From: Strigamia acuminata
Lineage: Eukaryota
NCBI GenBank assembly: GCA_949358305.1
Contig: OX442314.1
Location: 24,304,001-24,368,000 of the forward strand
DNA length: 64,000 nt
Direction of reading: 5' to 3'
Each line of letters starts with the position of its first letter. The first letter of the stretch is position 1. Of the stretch, positions 1 through 13,100 are shown piece by piece. The position numbers and the translations under genes were made by a program. The notes under the pieces were generated by a model, which was given only the letters and a program-made list of their open reading frames with translations, had not been told where the DNA came from and did not search any database.

Positions 1-3000
1 GAAATGGCGGCCATCAGGTTGTTCAAGAGCTACATGTGTGTTTTATTATACATATTTTTACATAGGGGTAGTGACACTCGCAGGGGCGCACATCACAAAA
101 TAACAGGAGACAAAATGCGCCCGAAAATTGGCCGCATTCGATCGTTCTTAAAGGCATAATAATTAAATAAACCTACATTTTTGTGTGTGCTTCCACCGCC
201 GATCTATTCGATTACAAAATGGCGGCCCGGGAAAACGATTTGAAAACCACGAAAACCATGATTTTCTGGTTTTCATGAAAACGGTTTTCAGGAAAACCGA
301 CTTCCGAAATGTGACGTCAAATGCGTCTACGTCCGGTGTGGGAAAACGGCGAAAACGGGGAAAACCATTTAGAATTGAACACACCTATTGATATTTTGCA
401 GTATTGCCGATATCGATAATCGGCAACCGAATATCGGCCGATACCGATACCTGCACCGATATTAAAATTAAAATGTCCAAAAAACTTTTGGGGCCCCACT
501 ACTAACTATTTTCCGAGGTCCCGCAAAACCTCCTATAGAAATGCCATAACGGCAAGTTTTCGGCTTCTTCCATAAATGCCACATACCATAACATTGGATC
601 TCTATTCTCTATTGCAGTAGAATTGATTCAATTGGTGCTAAGACAGTTGCACCGATATCTTTTGAAAACCACAGAAAACTTAGTTAGTGGTGGGTGGCAT
701 GTGCTGACGCTGTAGAAACAGTACCTTAAATCAAACAAGAATGAGAAACTAGAATTACCAGTATGTCAACGACAAACCCTTCATTTGCTCACTATAAACC
801 ACGGATCACGAGATAGCCGTGTTGCCGACTTTTTCTTAAGCTTAACAAAGCAAAGGTGTTTAGAAGGAAATGTGTGACTTCCAAGAACTTTGACAATAAA
901 AACAACATAAATTTCCAAACTTAAAGCATTAGTCTCGGCAAGAATGTGACTCGTAAGGGGCATATGGACATATTACCAAGACGTATCAACTCAGGAAAAG
1001 AGCTCCATGCAGCCCCAGAAGCCCACAACTAGCACTTAGGGCCCAAAAAAAGCTGCAAGAAGGCCCACACAGACCATAAATCAGCCTCCTAACAAGCATT
1101 TTATATCAAAAATTGCAACGAAATAATCAGACCCCGGTTGTCGTGGTCAGAAACCGAAAGGTCTCGGCTCGACCAGCAGAAAACAGACGCGCAAAATGTC
1201 AAAATTCCCAATCCTTTCCGTTGTATCTGACTCTGAATAAACTGTCACACGAGACCAGTATACCAATGGCAAGTGGCAACCATGAAAAAGGAGAAGAAAA
1301 AAACAAATGGTTCCGATGTTGCGAATTTCAACTTGATTTATGACAGTAAATCGCACAGATTTGCCAGGATGCGCAGGATTTACGCGTTTCTAGGTGCACA
1401 TTGACAGCGCCGCCACTCGGGCGGCTCGGCAAACTCACCCCACCTACCTCTCCTCGCGGCCAAACACGAAGTTAGTTTCAAACTTGTAATTTGCTCGACA
1501 TGTTTGCTTTCATTTTATTTCATTACGAACAAGAATTATTGGTGCGATTAGCGAGGCTCGAAAATTGCCCGGTCCATGGCCAGAGAGACTCGACAACATC
1601 CATTTCGATATATTTATTTCCCACATGGAAATTTAATTGAGCTCATTTCTAAACGAGAGAAAGAAAAAAAAAAGAAGGAAAAAAAATTACTTTTGATGTC
1701 TTGATTATGAATAAAATCGTGGCGTTTTAATGTGGGATTCGGGTCGTTGATTGAATGATAACTGACCACTTTGTAATTACACGTTTCGTAATAAATACTG
1801 AATTGAATGTTATCTAGACAAAACGGCACCACCTGTCCTCGGTTGTTTTGAAATTTACACTAGCATCAATGTTTTCGCTCGCAGCTCAAATTCCGAGATC
1901 AAAACAACGTGGGGTGATAAACAGTTTTGTATTTCGCCTTTTGGACAACGCGCAAGATGTGGTCTTGTGATTTTTTTCCTGGTTTTGTGTCACGTGATCC
2001 AAAGTGCGAAGTACAAAGCAGATTGGAAAATGAAATATGGACATTTATTAACATTTCAACTCGCAGGGGTTTTCTGTAATGACAGGTTTTAAAAAAATTT
2101 AATTACTCTACCTTAGGCGTCTTTTTGTGTATCAATTAAGTTTCGAGTTATTGCCAGTTTAGTTTGTGTTTGTTTGTGCAGTCGCAGACATTCAAAATGT
2201 CGTTTCATGTCGCAGACAATGGAAGCCGACTAACTATTAATAGAAATAGAAGCGTATTAACATTAGAAAATCACCGAATAAAATTAACATTCTGTAATTT
2301 ACCCACGGTACAAACCCGCCTCGAAATTTCCTTATTGAAGATAATACCCGGAAAGAACGAAAAATATTCGATGAAAAACCGAGTGATTTCCAGCGGACAA
2401 GCGCGCCATTTTAAATTTTAACAATTCCTTCTAAATATAGACTAGTACTTCGTGTTAAAAAAAAATCCAAAGCTGTCCTCTTTTTTTATAAATCGAATCG
2501 TTGGTGCCTAAAAATAATGAATTTTAATGAAAAATAAAATAGAACAAACCCATATCTTGATTTAGTGTAATAATTTGCAAGTTTTCTTTTCTAGCCACAG
2601 CTCCATACCCGCAGCATATTTGTGTTTAATGAATTAATTACGAAAAATTGAAAATTGATTTTGTCTCCCTCTCTCGTTGTATTTTTAACGGATGTGCGTT
2701 ATCTTTACAATTCATTTCGTCCTTGAACTTAGTCACGTTGTTGTAATTTTCCCTTTAAATTAGGCTTTGCAGCTGCCTTTAGTCGTGTCGGTATGCTGTG
2801 CTTGATTTTTTTCCACCGTTTTACCGAAGAGGGGAGCGAATTATTTTTCCATCGCCCGCTCTTGCGTTAATAGGCACGTGTGCGGTTCAGCGTGGACCTC
2901 GTCATTTGGACGGCAATAAATCGTGTGCAGAGCCGCCTTGTTGACTTAGTAGTTTCAATAAGAGCGTCGCCGGGCCATGTGGGCAAAACAAGAAATTCCT

Positions 3001-6000
3001 TTGCACAGATTAAGCCCACACATCCCACCTTTGTAAACACTTTTTTCTCCTTCCATGTCAGGTCGAAAGATAATGGTAATTGCAACGAGTTGCGTTGCAA
3101 GTCAGTTCGATTCGAATCTCGGCCCGTTGTGTTCGGCTGAGAAGTGTGCGTGGGCGGTTCGTAAAAATGCGTCTGAAACGGGGCAAAAATCGTCGACGAG
3201 ATCGATCGGGGCATCGATTGGCGAGTCGTTGACTTTGTAAGTGGATCGCCACACAAATCGGCACGAGTCGTTTGGAAAGTTAATCCTTTTTTGCTCGGCC
3301 TTCCTCCCTCCTGCCAATTACCATCATCATGGTTCGGCATCAGAGCGCAAATATTCCCAGGATAAACATGTCAGTACTTGTCGATCATATCGTCTAATTT
3401 CAGGGTTTTACAACAAATATTTGGCGATAAGGGGGAAGGTCTTTGCGCGATCGGTACTGCCCATCCAACTCAATCGGATGAAGTCATCAAAATGTTCTCG
3501 TATCGTAAATAAATATGCAAACTTAGAAATAAAAACAACATTTTTTTTTTAAACAAATATTTCACAACACATTTTCTAAATCTGCCAATTGAATCAATAA
3601 ATTGCGAACCAAAATGTGGTGAATACTGATTTTCATCGAACGATTTTCGTGCCCCGCAAATTACGAAACAAAAAAGGCCCAAAAAAGGCTTAGAGAAGGG
3701 CCCCGAACAACACAGTTCCGCATTATAATACAGCACGAACATTTGGCACTGAGTACTCGCCACCATCGTCTAAAGGACCACAAAATTCTAGGGTTAAAAT
3801 AAAATAAAAATTTTGCAAATTTGGTAAGAGATGTCGTTTTTTCGCGTTACTTTCAACAGTAGTGAATTTTCTACGAACTAAAAACAAGACATTTCTTGAT
3901 GGTACTTTGAATAAAAACCTTCTATAATAGCTGTATATAGTACAGAATAGTTCAAGCAGTCATTCTGTTTTAATTTATATGCGAAATTAAATCCAGGTTG
4001 GATTTTATTACAGGAATCACATCACATTTCGTGTGTGAATGCACGATCTGCAAAATTAATCACCAAACTGAAGGAAGTTTAGGAACATTAGGAATATATT
4101 TTACACTTGTTGGCAGCAATTCACGGCTTTAAGTGAGACAGCAAATTAATTATGACGTCGGCACGAAATTATTTACTCGGTTTTGAACCACAACTCATGG
4201 GAGAAGCACGTATTTGCTCTCGGTGTGAATCAAACTTTCAACACGTTTTCGCAGCTCAGCAGGGGAGACCGATATCACTTAGCTGAGCTAGTCAGTGCGA
4301 CTCCTCGGGGAAATGACACTCTTGGCTTCATAATCACTTTTATCTCGTAACTCTCGAACGATTTCCTCCTTATATCACTTTTCAATCTCAATCGATCCAT
4401 ATTTTATATACAATCGCTTGAATTAATCATCGTTGCTTTTACTCAACTTGCAATCCCTTTTTTCGCATTGATTCGGTCACCTAGCACCTAGAAACCTTTT
4501 TTTCTTTTAATTTCCCGCACTTCCATTGGTCAAATCTCACGTTTTTTGCAGCCGAAAACTATTTTCTTGACTCGTTTCTTAGACTAAACTATTAATGAGA
4601 GTTTCTTCTCTCGGTCATTTCGTTGGTGCCAACATCACAGGTTTTTTTTCTTCTTTTTCCGCGTTTTTTTTCGCCTCTTAGATAAGGCGGACACGACTTC
4701 CTCAGGGACGTTTGATAGTGGCCAATGCCAGGACGACTTAATTAATTATTGACGACTGTCTTCATGCAGTAAATATACCAAGTCAGAGTTTACTGCTCTC
4801 AAACTTACCAATGGTCTTTTCTCTATTGAAAAAAATATGGAAAAACGCACAAACTTTTTAACAAACTCGCCATTTTTCTTCGATAAGCCAACGCGAAAAC
4901 CCGAAAAACGGAATAATTTGTTGGAAAAGCAATTTCGTTTCAAATCGTTTTGTTTGTTTTCTTGTGATGTGTTTACTAGTTGTCCTTTTTTTTACGAGCC
5001 GGAAGTACAAACTGTTTATGTTCAGTTATTTAGTTCTGCGTTTAGTGCAGGGGGGAACAACCTTTCTAATGGATAAATAAAAATTTATGATTCAATTACG
5101 CGGTAAATACAATTCCTTGTTTTAACCACACGAACTGCTATAACAAAACAATAATTTCTAACCCAAAAAATATCAAAACAAAACGTCCATCTTTTTCAAA
5201 AAAAAAAAAAAAATATTATTCATTTCAATTCCTCATTTTTTTAACACGAATAACAAACACTTTTTCCTAACTGCAAAATTATAATGTTCAAGATGTGAAT
5301 TATTTTTTTTCTTCTCTCGTTTTACAAGCCCCAGCCATTTATTTATTTATTTACTTTTTTTTGCTCGTGCAATTTTTTGTCCTAATTTGCCGAGAAAACA
5401 AGATTGGTGCAAATACATCAGCAGAAACCTTTTATTAGTGCGTCATGTCCACCTGAATTACGAGTGTCGGTCGTTAAATGGAGGCCAGTGAGTTGGCAAC
5501 CAATAACGACTTAGTTGTGTTTGTTTCTCGGTATTGTGAAGTGTAATCACGCGGTCCTCACCTCTTAATGACACCATGGCTCCGGCATCCACCAATTTTA
5601 TTTACTTTTCCAGCAATCATTTATCACCATTCAATGAGACACCTGCCTCCTTTTTAATTCTTTTTTCCTTTTAATCTCTCCACAGTGCCAAACCCTGAAA
5701 AAATAACTGTTTTTTAATATGCATTTATTTATTTTAAATTTATATAATTCCTTGACAGGTTTATTTGCTTTTCCCAGAATTTCCGCACCGTTTTATAATC
5801 CAACATGAATTAATTTCATATTCCAACATGTAGACTTATTTTTCTATACTCAATAAATAAAAACTTCTAATATCCCAATTCCGCAACGGACGAAAACGAA
5901 ATGAATTATTAAAACAAACCATTTATTTTTATTTATTTCTATTATATTCCTTTTTTTGGCTGTCTTTTCTCTCCCCTCTTTATCAGTAAATACAGCTCAC

Positions 6001-7153
6001 TTTGTCCATTCGCTTTTTTCATTCGCTCTCGTGTTTTCAGCCTCATAAATCACAGCCCCACTGACCACGGGCCTCGACGGGCGCTTGTTGACAAATGAGA
6101 TTTGCACCGTGAAATTAACTTGTCTCCAAATAACGGCCACTTCCTTTCAACCAACCCGAACAAACTCGTACTCATTTACTCATTTTATTATCTCATTTCC
6201 TTTTAATACATCTTTTTTTTTATCTCTACATAATATTGTTTTTCTAATATTTCATTGATACAATGTTTGCGGATCATCCGCCCGAGTTTGATGTAATTTG
6301 GCCAGACACGAGGAAAATGAAGTAAAGTCTCTAAGGGCAGGGTCGTCTTTCCACCAACTTTTGGATATTATTTTGTCTCTTTTTTTTTTGTTCTCCTATT
6401 ATTTCCTATCCTTTCGGCTCGATGACTTGTCACCTCGCATCATGATGTGACGGCGACAATCTCACGGTGAAACACGTGTTCCGCTCCAAATTATCATTCG
6501 CTCGGCACCCACGCGTGTGAAAATTGTTTATCAAGTGTGAAATGAACGTCGGCGACCAATACGCGTACAGGCATATACACGGTACGATGCCGAACGAGGC
6601 AAGCGGAATTCTATTAACGATATCTATCGCGTCAGACGTCATTGAATGTAAGGTGAGTGAAATTCGATTATTTTTTTAAAAAAAAAATCTTTAGAAGTGA
6701 AACTTCTCAATTACAGGTTGAATATTTTATTTTGTAAGTTCCGCATCCGCCATTTTGGGTAAATAAAAATTAAAAAACAAAAAAATAAATATGTTTCTTT
6801 CTTGGTGGGTCTGTGAAATACCTGCTATTCACCCCTCGTTTTGAATACATTTGAGTAGTCGACCTGACCTTTTTCCAGAGGCAAGTGCTGTAAATTACAA
6901 GAAAATGCAAACCGATTACCCATCTAAAACACCCTCGCATCAATGTCAGGACCTACCTCGGAGCAGAGTGTATTTACAACTGGTAAAAAGGAAATAAAAG
7001 ATAACAAAAACTTCAACTATTTTTTTTTAACACGACGAAATTTTTTATTTTTGTTTTATTTGTTTGTTAATATTATTTTGGACTGGATTTAAAATCTCCC
7101 GCTCAAAGTTTCGCAATTCATCACCACGAGCGCTGTTTATCGATGATTTCAAA

Positions 7154-10100
7154 ATGGCTGCTGGTGGAGACACGATGCACTCGAGTTACCAATCGCCTCT
7201 TTGTTCACGTTACGCGAGTCAAGAAATGAGATACAACTTCAGCGATGATAAAAAATTCTCCACGTGGCGTCTACTCTGGGTGTATTTGGCGAAAGCCGAA
7301 CAGGTAAATCCAACTTAAACTAATAAAAAAAAAACCAATCATCGCTCGGCTAACGTGTCAGATGCCACAGTGCAAGTGGCGTCACCGGGTGCCATAATTA
7401 ACAACTAAATCATTAATGGCAGATGTAGACATTTTTAAAAGAAAAAAGGAAAAAAAACGAGAAAATCGACGATTTAATCAAAATTTAATCGAAAAAATGC
7501 CCGAAAATTTTAAAACCATAATTAGCAAGTTTCGATCGACGAACAAATCACAATTATGAAGACACGTAAGTAAAGCAAAGGCTAGAAAAGCGTCGACACT
7601 TCTCATTAGTTGTGCTCTAATTCATTAATTAATTTGCACGAACTGGCCAACGGAGCGATTAAATAAATGGATGTGACAGCACAAAGTGGCGACACAGCTT
7701 TTCCATTAAAATCTTGCTGTTTATTTCGCAGGTCTTTTGACAGGTGGCGCTACTTATTAATTTTCTGCTTAATAATTATTAATTAGCGCGCCGTGCTCCG
7801 ATTGGCCGACGATGTAATCAAAAACGAACGCGTAATTATCATCGGCGCGCATCTCTCTTCGAGTGTGCGAATTTATAATTTTTATTTTTTTTTTACAAAA
7901 TTCAAAATTCAATTTCACTTTTTCGCCACGCACTCATTAGCGCGAGTCAAATCGCACTTTTCCGTCTGTCGCATTCGAACAAAGACACGAATTTCGCCCT
8001 TTTGCTTATCGCATTCGACCCCGGTCACTAGGCCCTCATCCGGCCGCCTCCTGTGCGAGGAATGTTAACTCTAATTGTTGCCACCACGGGGAACCTTCTC
8101 TCTGCTCTTAATCATCCTTCGGATGGGCAGGATGATGCCTCTCTTCTCTCACTTCCAACACACCTATTGCGCGCTCCGTTTGAGGACCACCTCTGGTTTA
8201 ACAGCTACAAATTTTTACTTTACTGGCAAAGCCTCGAATCAATGGCGGCCGATGGTGATTGCGCGAGATCAGAGGTCGCATCGCAGGAAATGATCAAACT
8301 TTTGTCTATATTAAAAGAAAAATAAAATCTGCTTTAAATTCCCTAAAATGCATTTTTATGGGAAATAAATTCACTTTGAGCTGGAAAAAAATGGATTTTC
8401 ATGCAAAGCAATGCAATTTCCGGTGAAGTAATGCATTTTTAAGTGATAATAATGCATTTTCAAGTGAAATAATGCATTTTCAAGTGAAATAATGCATTTT
8501 CAAGTGAAATAATGCATTTTCAAGTAAAATAATACATTTTTATGTATAAAAAAATGCATTTTCCAGCAAAATAATACATATTTATGGATAAAAAAATGAA
8601 TTTTCAAGTAAAATAATGCATCTTTAAGTAAAATAATGCATCTTTAAGTAAAATAATGCATTTTTAAGTTTAAAAAAATGCATTTCAGTCACATTTCCAG
8701 ACAAAAAAAATACATTTTTGTACAAAACATGGATTTATATCTGGCAAAAATGCACTTTGTATGGTATAGGGGGTCTTTTGGTATCAGGGGGGCCGGAGCA
8801 TTTGCCCCCCTTTGGCTGTGTTTTAGTTAGCAGGAGTCGTCGAAGAGAAATAAATTCGCTGAATTTAAAAAAAAAAAAATTTATCTTGTTTCTACATGTG
8901 ATTAAGCACATATCATGTGTTTTATTTGCTTTTTATCCGAAAAAAATGTAGTCATTTTGTGTTATTCGGTTGTTGTTTAGTGTATTAAGTTGTTGGTCGT
9001 GAAGGCGAATGTTAGGTCTTAATTAAAAACACCTGTCTGGGCGCCCTTCGGGGGGGCGCGAGAATTATGAGCGAGACCCGTCTGTGCAGCTCGCTTTTAA
9101 TTTACTGCCACGAAGGTGTTAAGAAATATATCACGTGAAAAATATTGAATTGAGATTCACGAGCGCACGCCAAACACCTCCTTCATCTTGTCACACGTTA
9201 AAATACAACTCGTTATTCAATCACGACCGAATCATTCCGTCCAGATTACAATTGGACTTGCGCAATTTGTGTTTGCTTCGATATTAAAAAATGAAAAATA
9301 AAATAATTTTTTTTTTTTAAATTTGGTGTGTTAATGTGTTGTTTTTGGGTATATAACAACAACGCACCTGGTCGCGGCCGGCGGTGGGAGCGGCAATAAG
9401 ATTTACCGTCTTTTGGAGGCTGTTTTGGGGTTAGGCCCTTTTGTAGGTGGAAAATGAAGTGTGAAGCAAAGTGTAAAGGTGATCGTACGTCATTTGCACC
9501 GAGGCAACTCACGACTTCATACACACGGTCCAATCAAAACGACATGATTAAACGGTTAAAAACGAGCGGGCAAAAGGAGGAACCTTATTTTTCTCATCTC
9601 AATTAATCAGTTTATGGTGGCAGTTAACGTCTGCTTCGTCCTTCTCGTGCCGTCTTTGGCATTTCTACTCTTTTTTCGATCGCCGACATTTTTATATCAT
9701 TTTATTTATTCTTATTTGCACGGCATAAAAAAAAATTAAAAAAATTGTATTTCTTGCTGATTTTTGTTGTTTTTGGTGTAGGAATTAGGCTTAAGTATTA
9801 CGAATGAGCAAGTGACGCAAATGGAGGAAAACGTTTACAACATTGACTACCGTATGGCCGACGAGAAGGAAAGGGAGACTCGACACGACGTCATGGCCCA
9901 TATTCAAACTTTTGCTGCGTGCTGTCCTTTGGCCGCACCGATCATTCATTTGGGAGTAACGTCAGCTTACGTCGGGGATAACACGGTATTTTGAATTATT
10001 TTCGTTGCGTTAACTTAACCTGTCCCTAGGCTGCCCTGGATAAGACCAAAAGTTTAGAATGTGCGGTAGGTTTCGGTGTTTCCCCGCAAATCGAGGGACT

Positions 10101-13100
10101 ACCACAAAAGTAGGGGTCCACCACTAGAGTGCAGCAGTGCACGTCTTGTTTAGCCACAACAATGTGGGCAAGCACATTTCCTTAATTGAGTGTCAAAGTT
10201 TTTCGTTTCTATTTATTTTCGTTGAGTTAGTATGAGAGTAAAACCATAACTGGTTATGTCGGTCATTGTGTGGGACTTCCTTGAAATAAGTCGTACCATA
10301 TTTCAAAGATCAGTTGCAGTGAAGTATTGGTTGTGAGGCATTGACCTGTTTTTGTACAATTCAGTTAATGTGGCCTACTTTTGTTTTGGTATGGTTAAAC
10401 ATGACTGTCATTATCATCAACAACTACAAGAAATGGAAAATTTCAAACCATTCTTGCATTAAATTACGGAGTAACGTTTTTTGTCAACTGTTTCGCCACA
10501 ATTAATCAAAACTGCCATTTTTGTCAGCAATTACAATTTCGGTTTTTTGTTAGTTACATTTGTTTAATGGAACAAACGAAGTCTGAAAGTCACGAACGAA
10601 GCGTACGTTCATCTTTCGTGAGGTTAAATACGGAAACAATACCGTACTTTTGTAAAAATACGGTATTCTTGGTGTCTCAGCCGCGGCTACTATTCGAAGG
10701 CGGCTCTTAATTGGTAAAATACGAGAGATGTTTTTGTTTTTCTTTGTAAAAAATGCAACGAATGAATGTACGTAACCTTATAATCTAATTTAAAGCGGCT
10801 CGTGTAAAGCAGTTTTATTATTAATATTATTAATAAAAATAAATAGTTGAATTTTAATGGTTATTAGAAGGTCGGAGGTCGCGCTTTGATTCGCGCTTTT
10901 GGCACATTCAACTGCAGTAATTAATGAATGCGAAATAATAAATTAAAGAGCACGTTTAATTAAACTAAATGAATTATTTGACAGGATTTGATACTGATGA
11001 AAGACGGCTTCGACATTCTGCTGCCTAAGGTAAGTTTAACCCGTACAGGTTCGTGGGTAGGGGCCGCGAGGGTGTGGAAAAGTTTTTAGTTTTCGACTTT
11101 TCTTGAAAAGTTGCTTCTAATCAACTTGCATTTTAAATCCGACACGTTCATCTGGCGCATGTTAATGGACATTTTTATAATTCATGGTCAGCCAACAACT
11201 ATTGCGGCATAAAACCTACTTTTTAACTCGTCTTTTTTAAAATCACTATTTTAAATATGCATAAGCCCTCCCCAAATGATAACGGTGCAAAGCAATAAAA
11301 ACGAATGCAAAGAATCTTTTTTCTACCTTGCGGCCCCAACTTTGCTCATTTTTCCTTTTCTAAGTATTGTCATTAGAATTTTTTTGAATAATTTCTGGGC
11401 TTAGGCGTTTTTGGGTAATTAAAAGTAATAAAAACGGAGCAGTTCTCGTCCAAGCAACATCGTTTTGATATTACGGTACATCAAAATATTATAAACGTAG
11501 GCCTAATTTTATTTTATTTTATTTTATTTTTTATATTGAAAAGGATTTAAAATTTTGAAATTTTTTTTTTTTTTTTTTGGGGGGGGGGGGGGGGGTCTTG
11601 GGCTACTTCTAGTGAATTTAAACGTTGTATTTTGAGCACTGTCATGTTGTGTAATTTATGGTAGGGCGATCTGACTTTTGTACTTCTCCTACTGGTCTTA
11701 AGTCGAAATGGAAATGAATTAATAGATAGAAGTTGAAGAATACGCGACACTGTTCACGTATTTTGTTGTTTAGGAATAAATTGTGTATTGTAATGGATTT
11801 GTTTGCGTATAAAAAGTTGTGAATGTTGTTTGCATGCGAAAACAATTTACAAATGTGCGTATTACAGCCAAAAAAAGGAGGATATTTCCTTCAGTAAAAT
11901 GCGAACCGATGCAGTTTCTAAATGATGAAATGTATATTCAAAAACAAAAAAATTCAATTTCAGAAACAAAAAATTCATTTTTTCAGAAAAAGAAAATGCA
12001 ATTTCACAAATAGAAAATGCAAATATGTGTTGTTTTTATTGTATTTGAGTGCATTATGCATTAGTTCACAGCAAACAGTAATTATTTGAACATTTTAACG
12101 ACTTTTATACTCGTGTGTGCATTTTTGTGATATGGGAGATACATTTTATTGAAGAAAAAATGCATTTTATCGAAAAAATAATGCATTTTATAGAAGGAAA
12201 AATGCCTTTTATTGCAAGAAAAGTGCATTTTGCCATTTTATTGCAAGAAAAGTGCATTTTATTGCAAAGAAATGCATTTTTAAATTTCTAAAATGCATTT
12301 TTAAATTTCTAAAATGCATTTTTAAATGTCTAAAATGCATTTTTAAATGTCTAAAATGCGTTTTTAAATTTTAAGAATGCATTTTTAAATGTCTAAAATG
12401 CATTTTTTAAATATGGAGAATACAATTGATGCAGAGAAATGTACATTTTATCAATTGTTGCAGCTGTAAAGAGTTTGCAAGTTAATCGAACCATTAATAA
12501 ACAGTCAAAGATGTTGCGGTTGCAACTGCAACAAGGTGAGCCCTTCCACTCGACTCTATGGAGTTGCAAACCGCATATTTATATTTATATAACAATAAAA
12601 ATTGGCTCAAAGTGGTTTGAAAACAAGGTGGGTGTACAGGGTTAAAACCAGTGTCGTTATGATAATAAAAAAGGAGAAACAAGTGTACGCTTTGCGCGTT
12701 GAAATGCGCCATTTAAGATGGAATTGCACGCCCCCCCGAGGCGGACGGTGCAAATCTGAGCGAAAATTAGCACCTGCAAATTTCATCGCGTGTCGAGCAA
12801 TAAAATGCAGCAAGCAAGATGGAAAAAGGTGCGAATTAAAGTAAATTATTCATAGAGTTGGAAGCGGGCAAACAGTACAGTGACTGGCAGCGAAGGTTGT
12901 CATGGAGACGGTAACGAGGGTAAATGGCGACGGATTTAACTTGTCATGAGCTTGTATGACAGAAAAGGAGTCGGACTTGTAATTTGAAAATTAATCGCAA
13001 TAAAAGACAAGCTTCGAATTAAACAAGTTTTCCGTGCCTATAAAACTCCACTCGTCAGTGTGACAGTGGAGGGAGCTCCCTTGACACAAGTAATGGAAAA

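Noticed and set aside
1..520. GAAAAC-rich and CCGATA-rich stretches resembling hAT MITE subterminal repeats, with short ORFs on both strands
   Set aside because: No paired TIRs or TSD could be delimited; the ORFs have no recognisable motifs.
2867..3552. Cluster of overlapping ORFs in a GC-richer patch with an Inr-like TCAGTT at 3102
   Set aside because: No protein motif or consistent splice structure; a promoter cannot be supported from sequence alone.
10629..10725. AATACCGTA...TACGGTATT hairpin and GGCGGC repeats
   Set aside because: Probably a collapsed remnant of a CCGTA-type MITE; too short to annotate.
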